Assembly (NCBI GenBank): GCA_013239625.1
Contig: MU053304.1
Span: 1,178,001-1,242,000 of the forward strand
Length of the DNA stretch: 64,000 nucleotides
Direction of reading: 5' to 3'
DNA from: Lama guanicoe
Taxonomy: Eukaryota
Part shown: positions 49,323 through 62,350 of the stretch, in pieces
Layout: every line of letters begins with the position of its first letter
Numbering within the stretch: the stretch's first letter is position 1
Notes under the pieces: model-generated
What the model saw: only the letters and a program-made list of their open reading frames with translations
What the model was told of the DNA's origin: nothing
Databases searched by the model: none
Translations under genes and position numbers: made by a program

Positions 49323-49841
49323 TGAGGTAGATCTCATCTTTGTCTAACCAATATCCAATTCCCATTTCTTCCTTGAACTTAATCCCATGCAGTAATGTGC
49401 CCAGACTCAGGACTCAAGTTTGTCATGGCAGATCTCTCAATTTTCTTGTAGATAGGGAAAGTTGTGTGCGTCAGCTATCTTAAGAAATGAGGAATCTACT
49501 GTGGGAATCTGTGTAGGGATCTATGCGGGAATCTGCTGGAGGTGAGGGAGTATTTTCTGGAAAAGCTTTTGCTTTCCTGTTAACAGGAGACATGCACAGC
49601 TGGTACCACCTTTCCTCCTTCTTTCTTCTTTGATTGCAGATGTGATGGTTGGAGCAGGGGCAACCATTTTTGAACCATGAAGAAATGAATGCTAGCAGCC
49701 ACTGGGTCATCTAAAGGCTATTGAATCATCACCAACAGCCTTCTACTTCTGGGCTTCTTATTATGCATACTCCTTACTTATTTAAGCCACTGGAGTCATG
49801 TTTCTGTTGCTTGCGGCTGAATGTTATTTCTACCTGCTATA
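49323..49841 (+). mobile_element. MaLR solo LTR (MLT1J-like)
   Basis: gcagtaatgtgcccag...gcaaccatttttgaaccatga...tttaagccactggagtcatgtttctgttgcttgcggctgaa. Confidence 0.8.
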
Positions 49842-49849
49842 CCTATGCA

Positions 49850-51330
49850 GAGCCTAGCCTCAGATTTCTTTATCTCCTCGATTCCAGTGACTCTTACCTC
49901 TGCTCCATTTCAGCACCATACCACATTCGAATCCTGGACCTTGTTATCACCTAGAACTATTCCATGCCTGAAATACCTGACACAAACTGCCCATTTTCTG
50001 AACCATATTTTGATCCTTATTCGCGGGATGACTGTAAAAGAGTACTAGTTTTTGGAATTGGAGAGTTATTCTGGACTGTGTTTGGAAAGTGTCAGGATCT
50101 GCATGTAAGCTCTAACTCATATTTCTTTCCAGTATTCACCTGGGTTGAGCACTGCTACAGCTCCCATCATCCTGCTTTTCCTTGTGTTTCATGGAGACTG
50201 TCCCCTTACTGTCCTTGAGGACAAGGTGGCTCTCTTCATGATCAAATCCAGTCCCCCTACAAGTGCACTCGATTCTGTTCCTGCCGGCACCTCCAGGACT
50301 TGCTCCATCTACTTCTTCCTCGCTCTGATGTCTTCAACCTCTCCCTCCTCACCCACCACCTGGAAACATGCTCAAACTTCCCCCGGATACCTTCCTTTGA
50401 CCCAGCACTTTCCCTTTGCACTCCCTCCTTCCTTTCCTTTTGCCCTGAGCTTAGCAAAAGAGCCGTGATCACTGGGTAACTCTGTCCTTCACCAATCACT
50501 CCACACCCCTCAGCACTCAAGTCCTGTCCCTACCGCCCCACTGTAACCACCTGCAGAAGTCTCCGGTAACTTCCAGATTATCCAGCCCACTGGGTACTTT
50601 TCAGTCCTTATCTTCCTGGGCCACTTTGTTGATGTGACATGGTGACACACCTTCATTTTTCAGATTTCTTACTTCCTTGACTTCCAGGATAGCCTCTTGC
50701 CTGGCATTCCTTGTACTCATCAACCAATTCTTCCAAGACTCTTTGATGGAGGCTGGGGTACTTAAGACCCATGTCTTGCTCCTTGGAGTTCTGTGTTCAG
50801 TGTAGCAGTCTTTTCTCTCATACTCTGCATCATTTCTCATCCATGTTAGAATTTCTATCACTTCTATGCTGCCAATGCTCTGATATGTATCTCCAGCCAT
50901 GATACTGCCTCTAAGGTTTACAAAATTATTCTGTTACCTATGGATTGCATCCCTTGCTCCTCCATGAACATGGCTGACCACCAAGTCTGAGTTCCTCAGG
51001 TTATGTACCCTCAGGTCTCAGCTCCTGCTCCTTCTTTAGTCTGACTCCCTGTCTAGTCATTCCAGACTCACTGGACTTCTCAGGACAAGCCATGATGGCT
51101 CATGTCTCTAAGTTTTGATATGTGTGGCCTGAAACTCCCTTCCGCTTCTTCCTTCTCTGCCTCATAACTTACTCATCATTGGTGCTCACCTTAGGTATCA
51201 CCTCTCTGCCAGGAAGCGTCACCTTTCTGGCATCCTCTGGCAGAGCCATGTGCCCAGACTCAGGCATGCCTTTACCACCACACGTATCACAGCCTGTCTT
51301 TCTCCCTCCCTCCCTCTGTCTCTCTCCACC
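49850..51330 (+). mobile_element. L2 remnant
   Basis: cctggaccttgttatcacc, cttcaacctctccct, ttttcagtccttatctt, tatgtatctccagcc, tcacctctctgccaggaagc. Confidence 0.75.
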
Positions 51331-52289
51331 TCTCCATCACTCTGTCTCTGTCTCTCTCTCTCTTGTAGCCCCTACCACTCTGCACACTTGCTCCACTCTT
51401 TCCAAGACAGCTGGGGAAGATTTGCCTTTATCTGTGGCACTGACTCCAGCTTCCAAGCAGTAGCAGCAGCACCTCTGGGACTCAAGACTCACTTCTGCAT
51501 CCCCTGGCATCCTCAGGAGAAAGAGATTGGGCCATGTCCGGCCAGGGATGATGCACGGGCAAGTTAGGGGTGGAGATAGAAAAGGGATCTCTTGGAACAC
51601 AGGGCTGCCTATTTGAGCTGTGGCCAGCCAAAATGTGATATCCACCTCGGGTATAACTGACTTAAAATAAACCATGAGCAGAAACTTCTAGAAAGAAGCA
51701 TTGAAGCTGGGTCCTCTTTCCCATGCCCGGAGCCAGCCCCTCTGATGGATTGTGGTTCCTAGGAAGCTGCTATCTGGGCAGGGTTGTCTTCTGGTGCACC
51801 TGACTGTTCACGCTGCATTGTGATTCATGTGTTTGTTGAAAATCAGAATTTTGTGTCCAGAATTTTGATTCTTTGTCTGAAAGGCTCACAGAAACGATAT
51901 AGGCTGGATCCTCAGAATTGGTCTCAAGAAAGCCCGAGCTGGTGTTCCTTGAGTGGTCCCAGGATCCTGTGGAAGCTGTGTCTTGACTTTCCTGGGCCCT
52001 CACTCCTTGGAGACTGGTTGGTGATCATGGATTCAGATACCCAAGGGATCTTGGGGCTCTCAAGGGGCAAGTGGCTATGCATGTGGCAGCTCTGGTGGCG
52101 AGGACCACTCAGCAGGATGCCTTGGCTAGGCCTGGAGGCCCAAAGAGGAACGCAGCTGAATGCCTGTCCCCCAGGAGCATGCGGTGAGAGACACGCATAA
52201 GTGACCCCCCTCAGGTCTCATCCCCTTTGCAGCTTTATCTTCCATTGAACCTCAAATCTGCCATGTAGTTTACTTACTCGTTTAAGGGC

Positions 52290-52392
52290 AGGAGTTGTTT
52301 GTTTGCTTGTTTCTTTTGCTCACTGAGGCATCCTTCGGGCCTAGGACAGGTGCATAGTAGGTACTTAAGTATTTGTTGGTGGAATGAATGAA
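52290..52392 (+). mobile_element. L2 3' terminus
   Basis: gcctaggacaggtgcatagtaggtacttaagtatttgttggtggaatgaatgaa. Confidence 0.75.
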
Positions 52393-55034
52393 ATACTTGG
52401 AGGAAGGTCTGCGCAGGGTGCTGAAGATGTTTAGTCCATACTAAGGAGATGGCTCTGCAGCCAGTGTGCCTAAGCTGCATCTCTCAGCATTAGCCGGGTG
52501 ATTCCAGGTAGGAAGAAGAAGGCGGGTGTCACAAGCAAAGGCTCAGAAGGAAGGAATAGCCTGGTGTATGCTTGGACTTGTTTCCCTTTGTGCAGAAAGG
52601 CTTCTGGCTGTGGGTGCAGCTGCAGGGGCCCAGGCATACAAATATTGATGAGGTAAAAGTAGAGCTTTGAGGTGGGTAAGGCCAGGGGACACATTCACTC
52701 TTGTGTTGGAATTCAGTACAGGACCAGGAGGGGGCTGGGGCATGTGGCAGCCTCTCCCAGTAACTGGACAGCCAAGCCTCCCTGCCTTCACCCCCACTGG
52801 ACACAGAGCAGGGGCACTTTGGGAGAGAGGCTTAGGAGCTTGGTCAGCAGAGGGACAGAAGAGGCCTGGCAACAAGCACCCCAGAGGGCACAGGACCCCA
52901 AATGTCAGGGGGACAGTGAATGATGGTGACTTCAATCCAACTCATTTCGGCTGCCCTTGCTCTGCTCCAGCCACATGGAGATGCTGCTGGGAAAGGGTTG
53001 CCTGCAGAAGAAGGCTTCCTTGTTCTCACTTGGGATGGTGCCCTGGCTCCGCTTTTAGTCCAGACGGCAAAGGAGCCCCACCCTCGGCTTCCCGAGGTAT
53101 GAATGGTCAATTTACAGGCTCGTGCTCAGCCGCAGTCTCTGAAGGCTACTCCCAGGGGCAGCCGGGTCAGGCCACAGGCTGAGCCCCACATTCTGAGCCT
53201 TCCTATTGAACCTGGGTCCCAAGTCCTGTTGCCACCTGTCCTCGTAGTGCGCTCCCCTCTCAGGCCCTTCCTGCAAGCAGTCTTCATCTGGGACAGTCTC
53301 AGTTCATCAGAGATGCTCTTGAGATGCTGAAGGTCAACAGGCCCTGGGGCCAGGGTCAGGCTTGCTTTGGTTCTGGGAGGCTCCTTGGCCCTATGCAAAT
53401 GTGCCCACTGTCCCAGGCCAGCCCAGCAGAGCAAGGGCATAGGGCAGTGATGTTGAACTCTGTGGCTGTGCCTCCTTGGAGACCATACTGTGGCCTGCAT
53501 CGCTCCCAGTGGCGTCACAACACAGACTCACCCTACCCAGCTCGCGCAGGGGCAGAGGGCCCCTCTGAGGCCGGTCGGGAGCTGGCACTTGGTTCCGAGT
53601 TAGCAGTTCGCTTACACCCTGACTCTGCTACTATGGCCCCTCTGGGAAGTGCCCCATCTAGACTCGCAGCTCCTTCAAAGTCCAGCCCATGCCCCCAGGT
53701 GCCAAGGGTGGCTCTGGTGAAATTCAAATGTGGGGTGGGCCTTGGCTAACTGAGATGTACTCCCAGGTTGGCACGGATGCGGGTGCCTCCCAGGCAGGTC
53801 CAGGCTGCCTGTCCCCAGAGGCCTGAACGGGGAGTAGGAGTTGGGGGGTGGGGAGAGGAGAAGGGGGCCTCCCTCTACCCTCCACCTTTGCTCTGCTTTA
53901 CATCCTCTCCGCCTCCCACTGGATGGCTTTGCGTCCCACACCCAGGCCCGCCTTCAGCTGAGCTGCTTGATACTTCCTGGGCTGGAGGGGCCAGCTCTTC
54001 CCTCGTTTCCACACAGGATGGGGAGAACACATTTTGATAAAAGCTAACTTGGAGGTCGGGGTCAGAGTAGGGTGGGAGATAGATTAAATAATTTAGAATT
54101 CTTTTTCAAGGTAATAGTCTGACTTGCAAGGCTTTTTTTTTTTTTTAAATTCCTATGTCGAAGTTGAACAGCAGCTAGATTTTTTTTCCCTTAACTTTTG
54201 TAACAAATCCTAAAATTTCCCCAGGCAGATGAATGAAGCACAGATGAAGGTGGACGTTCCAATCTCATTAAAAATTTTCAAACCCATTGCACACTTTTCT
54301 ACTCATCCAGTCATCATATACAAAGACAAAGGCCTTGTTCCAAAAAATAAGTTAATTAAAAGGTTTTGTTTGGCTGTTTGAGGAAAAGAACCGAGATCTC
54401 CTCTTTGTTTGCTGCTTCATATTTTCTGGATAATGAACGAGTCAAACAATGAAGGAAACTGCTGGGGGCCATTTATTCCTGTGTCTCAAGTTCCACTCTC
54501 CCTGCTCCCTTTCTGGCCTCCCTTGTCACCCCCACAGCTGCCCTACATACTTCAGAGGAATGTGGGGTCTCTCTCCCCTGGCCGTCTGCTCTGGAGAAAC
54601 CGTTCCCCGGGAGACGATGGCAGGATGTCAGGACACCCCCAGACCAGTGAAGAGGGGCGCCCTGCAGCTGCCAAGGGGACTCACAGAGGGGTCAAGGCTT
54701 CCCCTGCACTCTGCCATCTGGACATTTGCCTGGGGGAGGAGGGTGATAAAGGAGAAATAAGTCACATTTCTTCGTACCTGCCTGTGTTCACTGAGTATTC
54801 AGGGAGCACCTGTTGTGTGACATCCAAGAGCTGGGCTAGAAGAGACAGTTGTCCCCTTGCCCTGTGGGCCTCCCTCTGCAGGAGAATGCAAAGCTCGCAC
54901 TGGGAAGACAACCACGGCAGTGCTGACACGGCCGCTCATTCCACGGAGCCTCAGCCGCCTTCTCCCTCACTCCCACCCACTCCGACCTGCGTGGGGCCAC
55001 ACAGTCCCCTTTGCCCCGCGTCCCATCTCTGGCA

Positions 55035-55250
55035 CCCAGTGGTTAAACATCTAGACCTTGTCTTCTGAGTGACCAGTTCAGATCCTGCCTGTTACCAGTT
55101 TGTGTGACTTCTTTTAACCTCTCTGAGCCTCCATTTCCTCGTCTATAAATTGGGGATTAGGACTAGAAATCACGTCACAGGGTTTTGTGAAGATTAAATG
55201 TGACTGTGTTGGGAGGGGGCTTAGCTCAGTGCCCGGCATGCCAGAAGTCA
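55035..55250 (+). mobile_element. MIR SINE
   Basis: ttaacctctctgagcctccatttcctcgtctataaattggggattag...gtgaagattaaatg. Confidence 0.85.
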
Positions 55251-55959
55251 GGGATTCTGTGAGTAAAACTTAGCATCAGCTGCCTGGAGCCCCTGGCAAA
55301 CTCTGGCTGGGAGCCCCCAGCTGCAGCAGGAAGAGGAGGGTCTTCAGCTCCAGTTGGAGAAATAAGACTAATTCATGGGAGAAAACAGGACAAATTAAGA
55401 ACTAAATTGTGATACTGGCCACAAAGAAATTATGGATTTATATAAGAAGATAAGGGAGCACTTGGGTGGCTAAGGAGGTCTCAGGGTGTGTAGAGTTGGT
55501 GACCAACAGGACCAGAGGGGTCTTCAGTTAAGTAAAGGCCACTCTTGCGACGCTAATTTAGGGCCAGCTCAGGCTGAGCCAGTCCTGTGCAGCCCATGCA
55601 GCGGGCTCTGACGACCTTCTATGGCCCCAAGGCCGTTTGCACTCAGATTTATTAAGCACCTACTATGTGCCAGGCATACATTTATAGAACAGCTCCAGTT
55701 TCACCAAACGTTATTTTGGGAAGTATAAATATGACTTGGAGACTTGCTGTTAAATATATACCTAGAGGCTTCCTGGGTAGATAGATGTCTGGCAGAGCTG
55801 AAAAGCCGACTTGTTTTTCTGTGATGAGACCCCAGTTTAGAAGTTTTTCAAAACAAATCTAGGCTTGGTTCAGTATGATTTTACTCTGCAATCCCTGGCC
55901 CTCCCTTATTTATCTAGTCATGCAAGTCTTCCTTATTTAGAAAAAATATTAGTTACAAG

Positions 55960-56225
55960 TTGGGGTTTTTTTTTTTTTCCATTCAAATACCCATTACACT
56001 TGGTTTTGTGGTCATGGAGGAGAATGGACCATTCTTAGGAGATGCAGCTGAAGCGTTTAGGGCCGACGTGTCGCCATGTCTAAACTCACCCTCAAATATT
56101 TCAAAGGCTGATAGACACAGAGAGAACAGGGCAAAGTATTAGCAACTGTTGAATCTAGACAGAGGGTTCATCAGAGTTTGTTGTCCTGTTCTTTGCATTT
56201 TTCTCTCTGTTTGGAAATTGTCACA
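55960..56225 (+). mobile_element. Old L1 (L1ME-like) 3' end
   Basis: tcttaggagatgcagctgaagcgtttaggg...agcaactgttgaatctag...tttggaaattgtcacataaaa. Confidence 0.65.
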
Positions 56226-57957
56226 TAAAAGGGTGGAGAAAACCCATTGACGTCTAAGGGAAAAGACGAGGTAAGAGGAATAGCCGTCCTCTCCTGGCCG
56301 GTGGGCTTGAGATCTAGCCTAGGGCACTTCCCGTTTCATGCCTGGAGCTGGAGAGGCTTCTCCTCACACTTCAGGGTTCTTCAAAACTTGGGCCATTCCC
56401 ACCGGCCTCTGATTTCTGCTCTCTGCCTTGGGGTCTCCTCTGTGCCTCTCCCTGGCTTCATCCTCAGCCTGCTGGTTTTTCTGAGGGTCCACTAGACCCT
56501 GCCTCGGCTGCCATGGCAACAGAGGTGCAGCCCCCGGAGGAAGCTGAGAGAGGCTGGAAAGCAACCACTTTTAAGACTTCTAGATGTGGGTTCTTTTGGG
56601 GACACGTTGCATGAACCTTGAGAACCCCTGAGCAAGCACCTGTCAGCCCCAAGTTTCAGACAGAGGGATGGGGCTGGGGAAGAGGACGAAGTCCCTCTCC
56701 TTAGGTTTGGAGGGGAAGGCTGAGGAGGCAGGTCCTATGGAGGGAATATGGTCACAACAGACTTACTGAGAGATTGATGTCTTCCTGATGGAGTTTCAAG
56801 GGTAATATAAACTCTGAAGCTCTTTGACCTTATTTGCTAACTTTAGACCTAACCTCTATGTAGCACGCGATGGCCTTGAGTAATGAAGTGCTCATTCATT
56901 CCTTCCATGCTTACTGACTGATGCTTATTTTGGGCCCCACATTCTGCCAGCACTGGGGACACAGGGCTCCACTTCAGACTGCAGTTGCCCCAGGCACTGG
57001 GGGAGACGGTGGGGGTCAGGGCAGGCTTCCTCAGAGGGGTGGGACTGGGGCAAGTAAAAGAGGGCTTGAAATTAGACAGAAGGAGCTGCTTTCTTGGGGG
57101 GTGGGAGTGGAGACACCGTGAGTGAAGGCCCAATTGGATCAATGCATGTTCTCTGGGTGAATGGAGAGTACTGGGCCTCGGTCAAGCTGGGAAAAACCTA
57201 AAATTAGCCTGACCAGCTGGGCCTGGGCTGTGCGGGATTCCCCCTTACCCCCCTGGCCTCCTCAGGTTTCAGAAAGCATGAGTGTGTGTGCAGGAGCAGC
57301 GTGCTTTGCCCAGGTCAGGGCAGGCGGAACAGAGCACTGGGCCCAGGCTGCGCGGGGGAGGGAGGCGCAGCTCCCAGCAGGGACATGGTCCCCCAGTCCT
57401 GTAGGGCCTGACAAGAGCGAAGGGGGAGCCCCTGCCCTTTCCCTCTCCTTCTTGATACCACTTCCCCCTTTGCTGGTCCGTTCCCCTTCCAGATCCGCAG
57501 GCCAGGCAGCGTGGCCAGCGGCAGGTCAGATCACTGCCTGAGCCAGCAGACCGGAGCCTGGGGCAGGGCAATCTTACCCAAGGGGCAGAGGCCTGGACAG
57601 GCAACTTCCTGGGGCACTGGGGGAGGAGCGACCAGAAAACCGCATCCTCACCCACTGTACCCTGTGCCAGCCTCCTTTCTGACCTTGCCTGAAATTCCCC
57701 CGTTACTCACCACCAGCAAAGAGCGGGTGCTGACATCAAGCCTTAGAAGCTGTTTCAGAAGCTAACCTTGCTTTAGAAGGCGCTGGAGCTGGGCTGAGCG
57801 GTCAGGAGCAGGAAGCAGGCGGGTGCGGAGGTGGGAAGGAGACGGCCCAGCCTGCTGGCGGTGGCAGACGTGGGGGCTGGGTAGCTGCCTCTTTAGTGTC
57901 CTCCACCCCTTGCCCATGCAGTGCCCGTCCCCACACAGACAGCCGCAGTGGGATTCC

Positions 57958-58335
57958 TCTCATGGGCTGAACTGTGATCCCCTGGCCCCAGTTCATTTGC
58001 TGAAGCCCTAACCCCCAGTACCGCAGAATGTAACTTTGGGAGATACGGTCTTTAAAGAGGTAGTTATGTAAAATGAGGGTGGGCTCTAATCCAATATGAC
58101 CAGTGTCCTTATAAGAAGAGGAGACAAGGACACAGACACAGAGAGAGGGAAGACCGTGTGAGGACACAGGGAGAAGACGGCCGTCTGCAAGCCACGGAGA
58201 GAGGCCTCGGAAGCAACCGACCCTGCCAGCTTGATCTCGGACTCCTAGCCCCCAGGACTGTGAGAATATAACTTTCGATTGTTGAATTCCCCCAGTCTGT
58301 GCTGCCTGTCAGGGTGGCCCTGGCCGACTAACGCA
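57958..58335 (+). mobile_element. MaLR solo LTR (MLT1A/B-like)
   Basis: atgggctgaactgtg...tgaagccctaacccccagtac...gtgtccttataagaagagg...cccagtctgtg. Confidence 0.9.
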
Positions 58336-59325
58336 GCCCCCTCCCCACAATGCTCTGCCTGGTGCCCTCTGGCTTCTCATCTTCTTCCAATCTGGGGCCT
58401 CTTCGCCTGGGTCACCAACCCCAGCTTCCACATGGCTCTGAGATGATTTGCAAATGCCACCTCTGGTCATGTGGTCTCTTTGTCTGCAGCTGTGCAGGAA
58501 GCTTCTGGAGAATGAAGCAGCATGGAGCACAGGAAGGAGGGCCCAGGAAGCCTTCGGAAGAAAGTGTGATGATCGCGAGCCTCTGACACCCTGCCATAAG
58601 TCGCTCAGCCTCAGCTAAGGGCAACAAAAGCCCTTCCGTACTGAGTCGTTGGAGCCTTACCATGTCCCCTGCACCTGCTAAGCATCCCACATGCCTGGCA
58701 GCATAACTTGTTGGCATGTTGATTTGGGGTTCCTCTCTCCACCTGTCTGCCTGTGCCCACTTTCCCGTACAGCACCGTGTTTGCATGTCCTGGTCTTGGG
58801 AATTGGTGGAGCCTAGAATGGCTGATTACCAATGACAAATTGGCTATGATTCCCGAGGAATAATATTAAAACTGGTGCACAATGCCTGCTTCCCAGTTTG
58901 ACATCCTTTCTTTGGCAGAGTGGAGGGGGAAAACCTCCAAGAATCAGTGATAAGGGGCATTGGCCAACTCAAGCCCCTCAACCCCTGCCGTGGGCAGCAT
59001 GCTCACAGTGTCCGGGAGCCCCCAGGGTGAGTGGTAAAAGTGGAGGCTGCAGGATGCTGGTGCACAGGGGCCCCATGTGTGTGAATGAGACAGGAGGGTA
59101 TGTGGTTAGAGAAGCAAAAACACCTGCTCACCACTGGCCTGCCCACACCACACAGGCCCTCCAGTCCCACAGCGCTAGGCTCTGTCTCTCTCAGCTCTGG
59201 ACTCTCCTGCCAGTCCTGCGATCATTGCTGCTGCTGGGGGTGGTCCTGGGCCAGGCTTATGGCTCTAGCACTGGCCTCACCGGGGGTCTGATGCACCTCC
59301 CTACCACCCTCACTGTACTGAGCTC

Positions 59326-59856
59326 TGCAGAGAGCAGCATGCTAGGCATCTACCCAGTGTCTAGTTTCCCCTTCTTTCTACTAGCAGAACCCTGATTTGG
59401 GGGGAGGGATAGCAATGTGCCCAGCTAAAACACTTCCTAGGCTCCTTTGTAGCTAGTGGTGGCCTTGTGGACCTAGTTCTGCCCAATGGAATAAGAGGGG
59501 AAGTCAGCAAGTGGATATTGAAAAAGGAACTGACTCAACTGATTTGTTTGTTAGCTCTTTACCTCTAATTGCTGACTTTACCCTTTCCCCTTTCTACCTT
59601 CCTGGAAGACAGGTTGGATGCCTGGAGGTGCAGCAGCTGTCTTTCAACCATGAGGATAAAAGCCAGGGGCTGAGAGTGGTGGAGGAGAAATATAGAAGGA
59701 ATCTGGCTGACACCACTCAGTAGTGGCACCGGCCCTTGACTGCCAACTCAACTTATTTTTTGCACAAGATTAAAAAAAAAAAACCTCTTCTTTGTTTAAG
59801 CCCCAGTTACTCCAGTTTTCAGTCACTTGCAGCTGAACATAGTCCTAACTGATACA
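59326..59856 (+). mobile_element. MaLR solo LTR (MLT1J-like)
   Basis: gcagaaccctgattt...gcaatgtgcccagctaaaa...tttaagccccagtta...tcctaactgataca. Confidence 0.85.
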
Positions 59857-60632
59857 CAGTCCTCCCTGCACAAAATCTGATAGCTGCTTCTCAAACGTCA
59901 GCACCTACCCCAGCCAACCCTAGAGCAGCTCTGCCCGAGGATGGCCATGCCTTCCTGACCCCACCACCCTGAGATGATGGCCCAGAGGAGTGCAGGGTGT
60001 AGGTGCAAAGGCTCAGAGAGGTTAAGTGACTTGTCCTGCGTCACACAGCTAGTAAGAGCAGAGTCAAGTGTTAAGATAAAATCTTCTGTCTCAGAGGCAC
60101 CGTTTCTTTTCTGCTACTAGGGTAGGTGAGGGTTGACAGAAATGTGGGAGTTCACAGACCAGCAAATTTGATGTGATTCCCTAGGAATAATAATAATAAT
60201 AATAACAAACCTCTTCTTTGTTTAAGCCCCAGTTACTCCAGTTTTCAGTCACTTGCAGCTGAACATAGTCCTAACTGATACACAGTCCTCCCTGCACAAA
60301 ATCTGATAGCTGCTTCTCAAACGTCAGCACCTACCCCAGCCAACCCTAGAGCAGCTCTGCCCGAGGATGGCCATGCCTTCCTGACCCCACCACCCTGAGA
60401 TGATGGCCCAGAGGAGTGCAGGGTGTAGGTGCAAAGGCTCAGAGAGGTTAAGTGACTTGTCCTGCGTCACACAGCTAGTAAGAGCAGAGTCAAGTGTTAA
60501 GATAAAATCTTCTGTCTCAGAGGCACCGTTTCTTTTCTGCTACTAGGGTAGGTGAGGGTTGACAGAAATGTGGGAGTTCACAGACCAGCAAATTTGATGT
60601 GATTCCCTAGGAATAATAATAATAATAATAAC
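59781..60632. repeat. Perfect 426-bp direct tandem duplication
   Basis: 59781-60206 and 60207-60632 are identical by eye. The unit includes the MLT1 3' end and a MIR fragment and is bounded by poly-A and (AAT)n. Confidence 0.95.
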
Positions 60633-60669
60633 AACAATAACAATAACAATAATAATACTAAAAAACAAT

Positions 60670-61815
60670 AGATCTAAGCCTCTTTGAAGGCTTTGGCAAA
60701 TGTTGCCTCAATGAAGTCTACTCTGAGCACTCTATTCAAAATTTCAATCCTTGTCTCCTGATTCCATTAACTTGTTCTATATTTTTTCCATAAAATTGAT
60801 CACCTTCTAGTGTACCATATAATTTACTTTTTTAAACATTTTTTATTGATTTATAATCATTTTAAAATATTGTATCAAATTCCAGTGTACAGCACAATTT
60901 TTCAGTTATACATGAACATATATATATTCATTGTCACATTTTTTCTCCATGGGCTACCATAAGATCTTGTATATATTTCCCTGTGCTATACAGTATAATC
61001 TTGTTTATCTATTCTATAATTCTTAAATCCCAGTCTATCCCTTTCCACCCTCCGCCCTCTTGGCAACCACAATTTTGTATTCTATGTCTATGAGTCTATT
61101 TCTGTTTTGTATTTATACTTTGTGTGTTTTTTTTTAAAGTCCACATATGAGAGATATCATATGGTATTTTTCTTTCTCTTTCTGGCTTACTTCACTTAGA
61201 ATGACATTCTCCAGGAGCATCCATGTTGCTGCAAATGGCATTATGTTGTCAGTTTTTATGGCTGAGTAGTATTCCATTGTATAAATATACCACATCTTCT
61301 TTATCCAGTCACCTGTTGATGGACATTTAGGCTGTCTCCATGTTTTGGCTATGGTAAATAGTGCTGTTATGAACATTGGGGTGCAGGTGTCATCCTGAAG
61401 TAGATTTCCTTCTGGATATAAGCCCAAGAGCAGGATTCCTGGGTCATATGCTAAGTCTATTCCTAGTCTTTTGAGGAATCTCCATACTGTTTTCCACAGT
61501 GGCTGCACCAAACTGCATTTCCACCAGCAGTCTAGGAGGGTTCCCCTTTCTCCACAGCCTCTCCAGCATTTGCCATTCCCACTGGTGTGAGGTGATCCCT
61601 CTTTGTAGTTTTGATTTGCATTTCTCTGATAATTAGTGATATTGAGCCATGTAATTTACTTTTATCATGCTGGCTGTATGATGTCTGTCACCTCTCTCCC
61701 CATCCCCAGGATGAAGTCCCACACAGATAAGGGTCTTGGTCTGCTTTGTTCATGAATGCATTCTAAGAGCCTAAAATAATGCTGGCATGAAGAAGGTGTT
61801 TGTTGAACTAAATTA
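60670..61815 (+). mobile_element. L2a 3' end split by an L1 insertion
   Basis: Joining 60670-60831 to 61664-61815 restores ...ctattcaaaatttcaa...gtctgctttgttcatgaatgcattctaagagcctaaaataatgctggca. Confidence 0.7.
60832..61646 (-). mobile_element. Young 5'-truncated L1 with ORF2 C-terminus and 3'UTR
   Basis: ORF 61134-61511 ([13 protein letters not shown]...CTPMFITALFTIAKTWRQPKCPS...WYIYTMEYYSAIK) is the L1 ORF2 C-terminus; 17-bp TSD ccat(a/g)taatttactttt at 60815-60831 and 61647-61663. Confidence 0.95.
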
Positions 61816-61841
61816 AATAGCGATGTTCCCTGAGAACCAAC

Positions 61842-62230
61842 TATTAGGGGCTGAATTGTTTCCTCCTCCCAAAATTCATGTGCTGAAGTCCTGACACCCA
61901 GTACCTCATATGGTGACTGGATTAGAAGACAGGGTCTTTGAAGAGGTGATTAAGGGAAAATGAGGTCTTTGGGGTGAGCCCTGATCCTATGTGGTTGGGT
62001 ATCCTTATAAGAAGAGGGGACCAGGACACAGACACAGAGAAGGAAGACCATGTGAAGACACAGACAGAAGAGGAGACACAAGCCAGGGAGAGATGCCTCT
62101 GAAGATTCCAACCCTGCTGACACCCTGAGCATGGACTTCCAGCCTCCAGAATTGTGAGAAAATTGATTTCTGTAGCTTAAGCCACCCAGTCTGTGGTTCT
62201 TTGCTGTGGCGGCCCTAGCAAACGAAAATA
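61842..62230 (+). mobile_element. MaLR solo LTR (MLT1A/B-like)
   Basis: ggctgaattgtttc...gaagtcctgacacccagtacctca...ggacttccagcctccagaattgtgagaaa...ggccctagcaaac. Confidence 0.9.
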
Positions 62231-62234
62231 GCGC

Positions 62235-62350
62235 CAAGCCTCGCTGTGTTGGAAGGGCTTTGCACAGCTTGTCTCCTTCGAGCTCAACCACAACTCTAAG
62301 AGATAAATCCTTCCTTCTCAGATGCAGAAACTGAGGCCCAGGAAGTGATG
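62235..62350 (-). mobile_element. MIR SINE
   Basis: ctcagatgcagaaactgaggcccagg. Confidence 0.65.

Noticed and set aside
52500..55070. Cluster of 100-219-aa ORFs in the GC-rich right arm
   Set aside because: No homology recognised and no consistent splice structure; expected by chance at high GC.
61134..61511. 125-aa ORF with clear protein homology
   Set aside because: It is the C-terminus of L1 ORF2 in a 5'-truncated insertion, not a host gene.
57958..62230. Two co-oriented MLT1A/B LTRs as a single provirus
   Set aside because: The intervening DNA contains older elements (MLT1J, MIR, L2) and no MaLR internal sequence, so these are independent solo LTRs.
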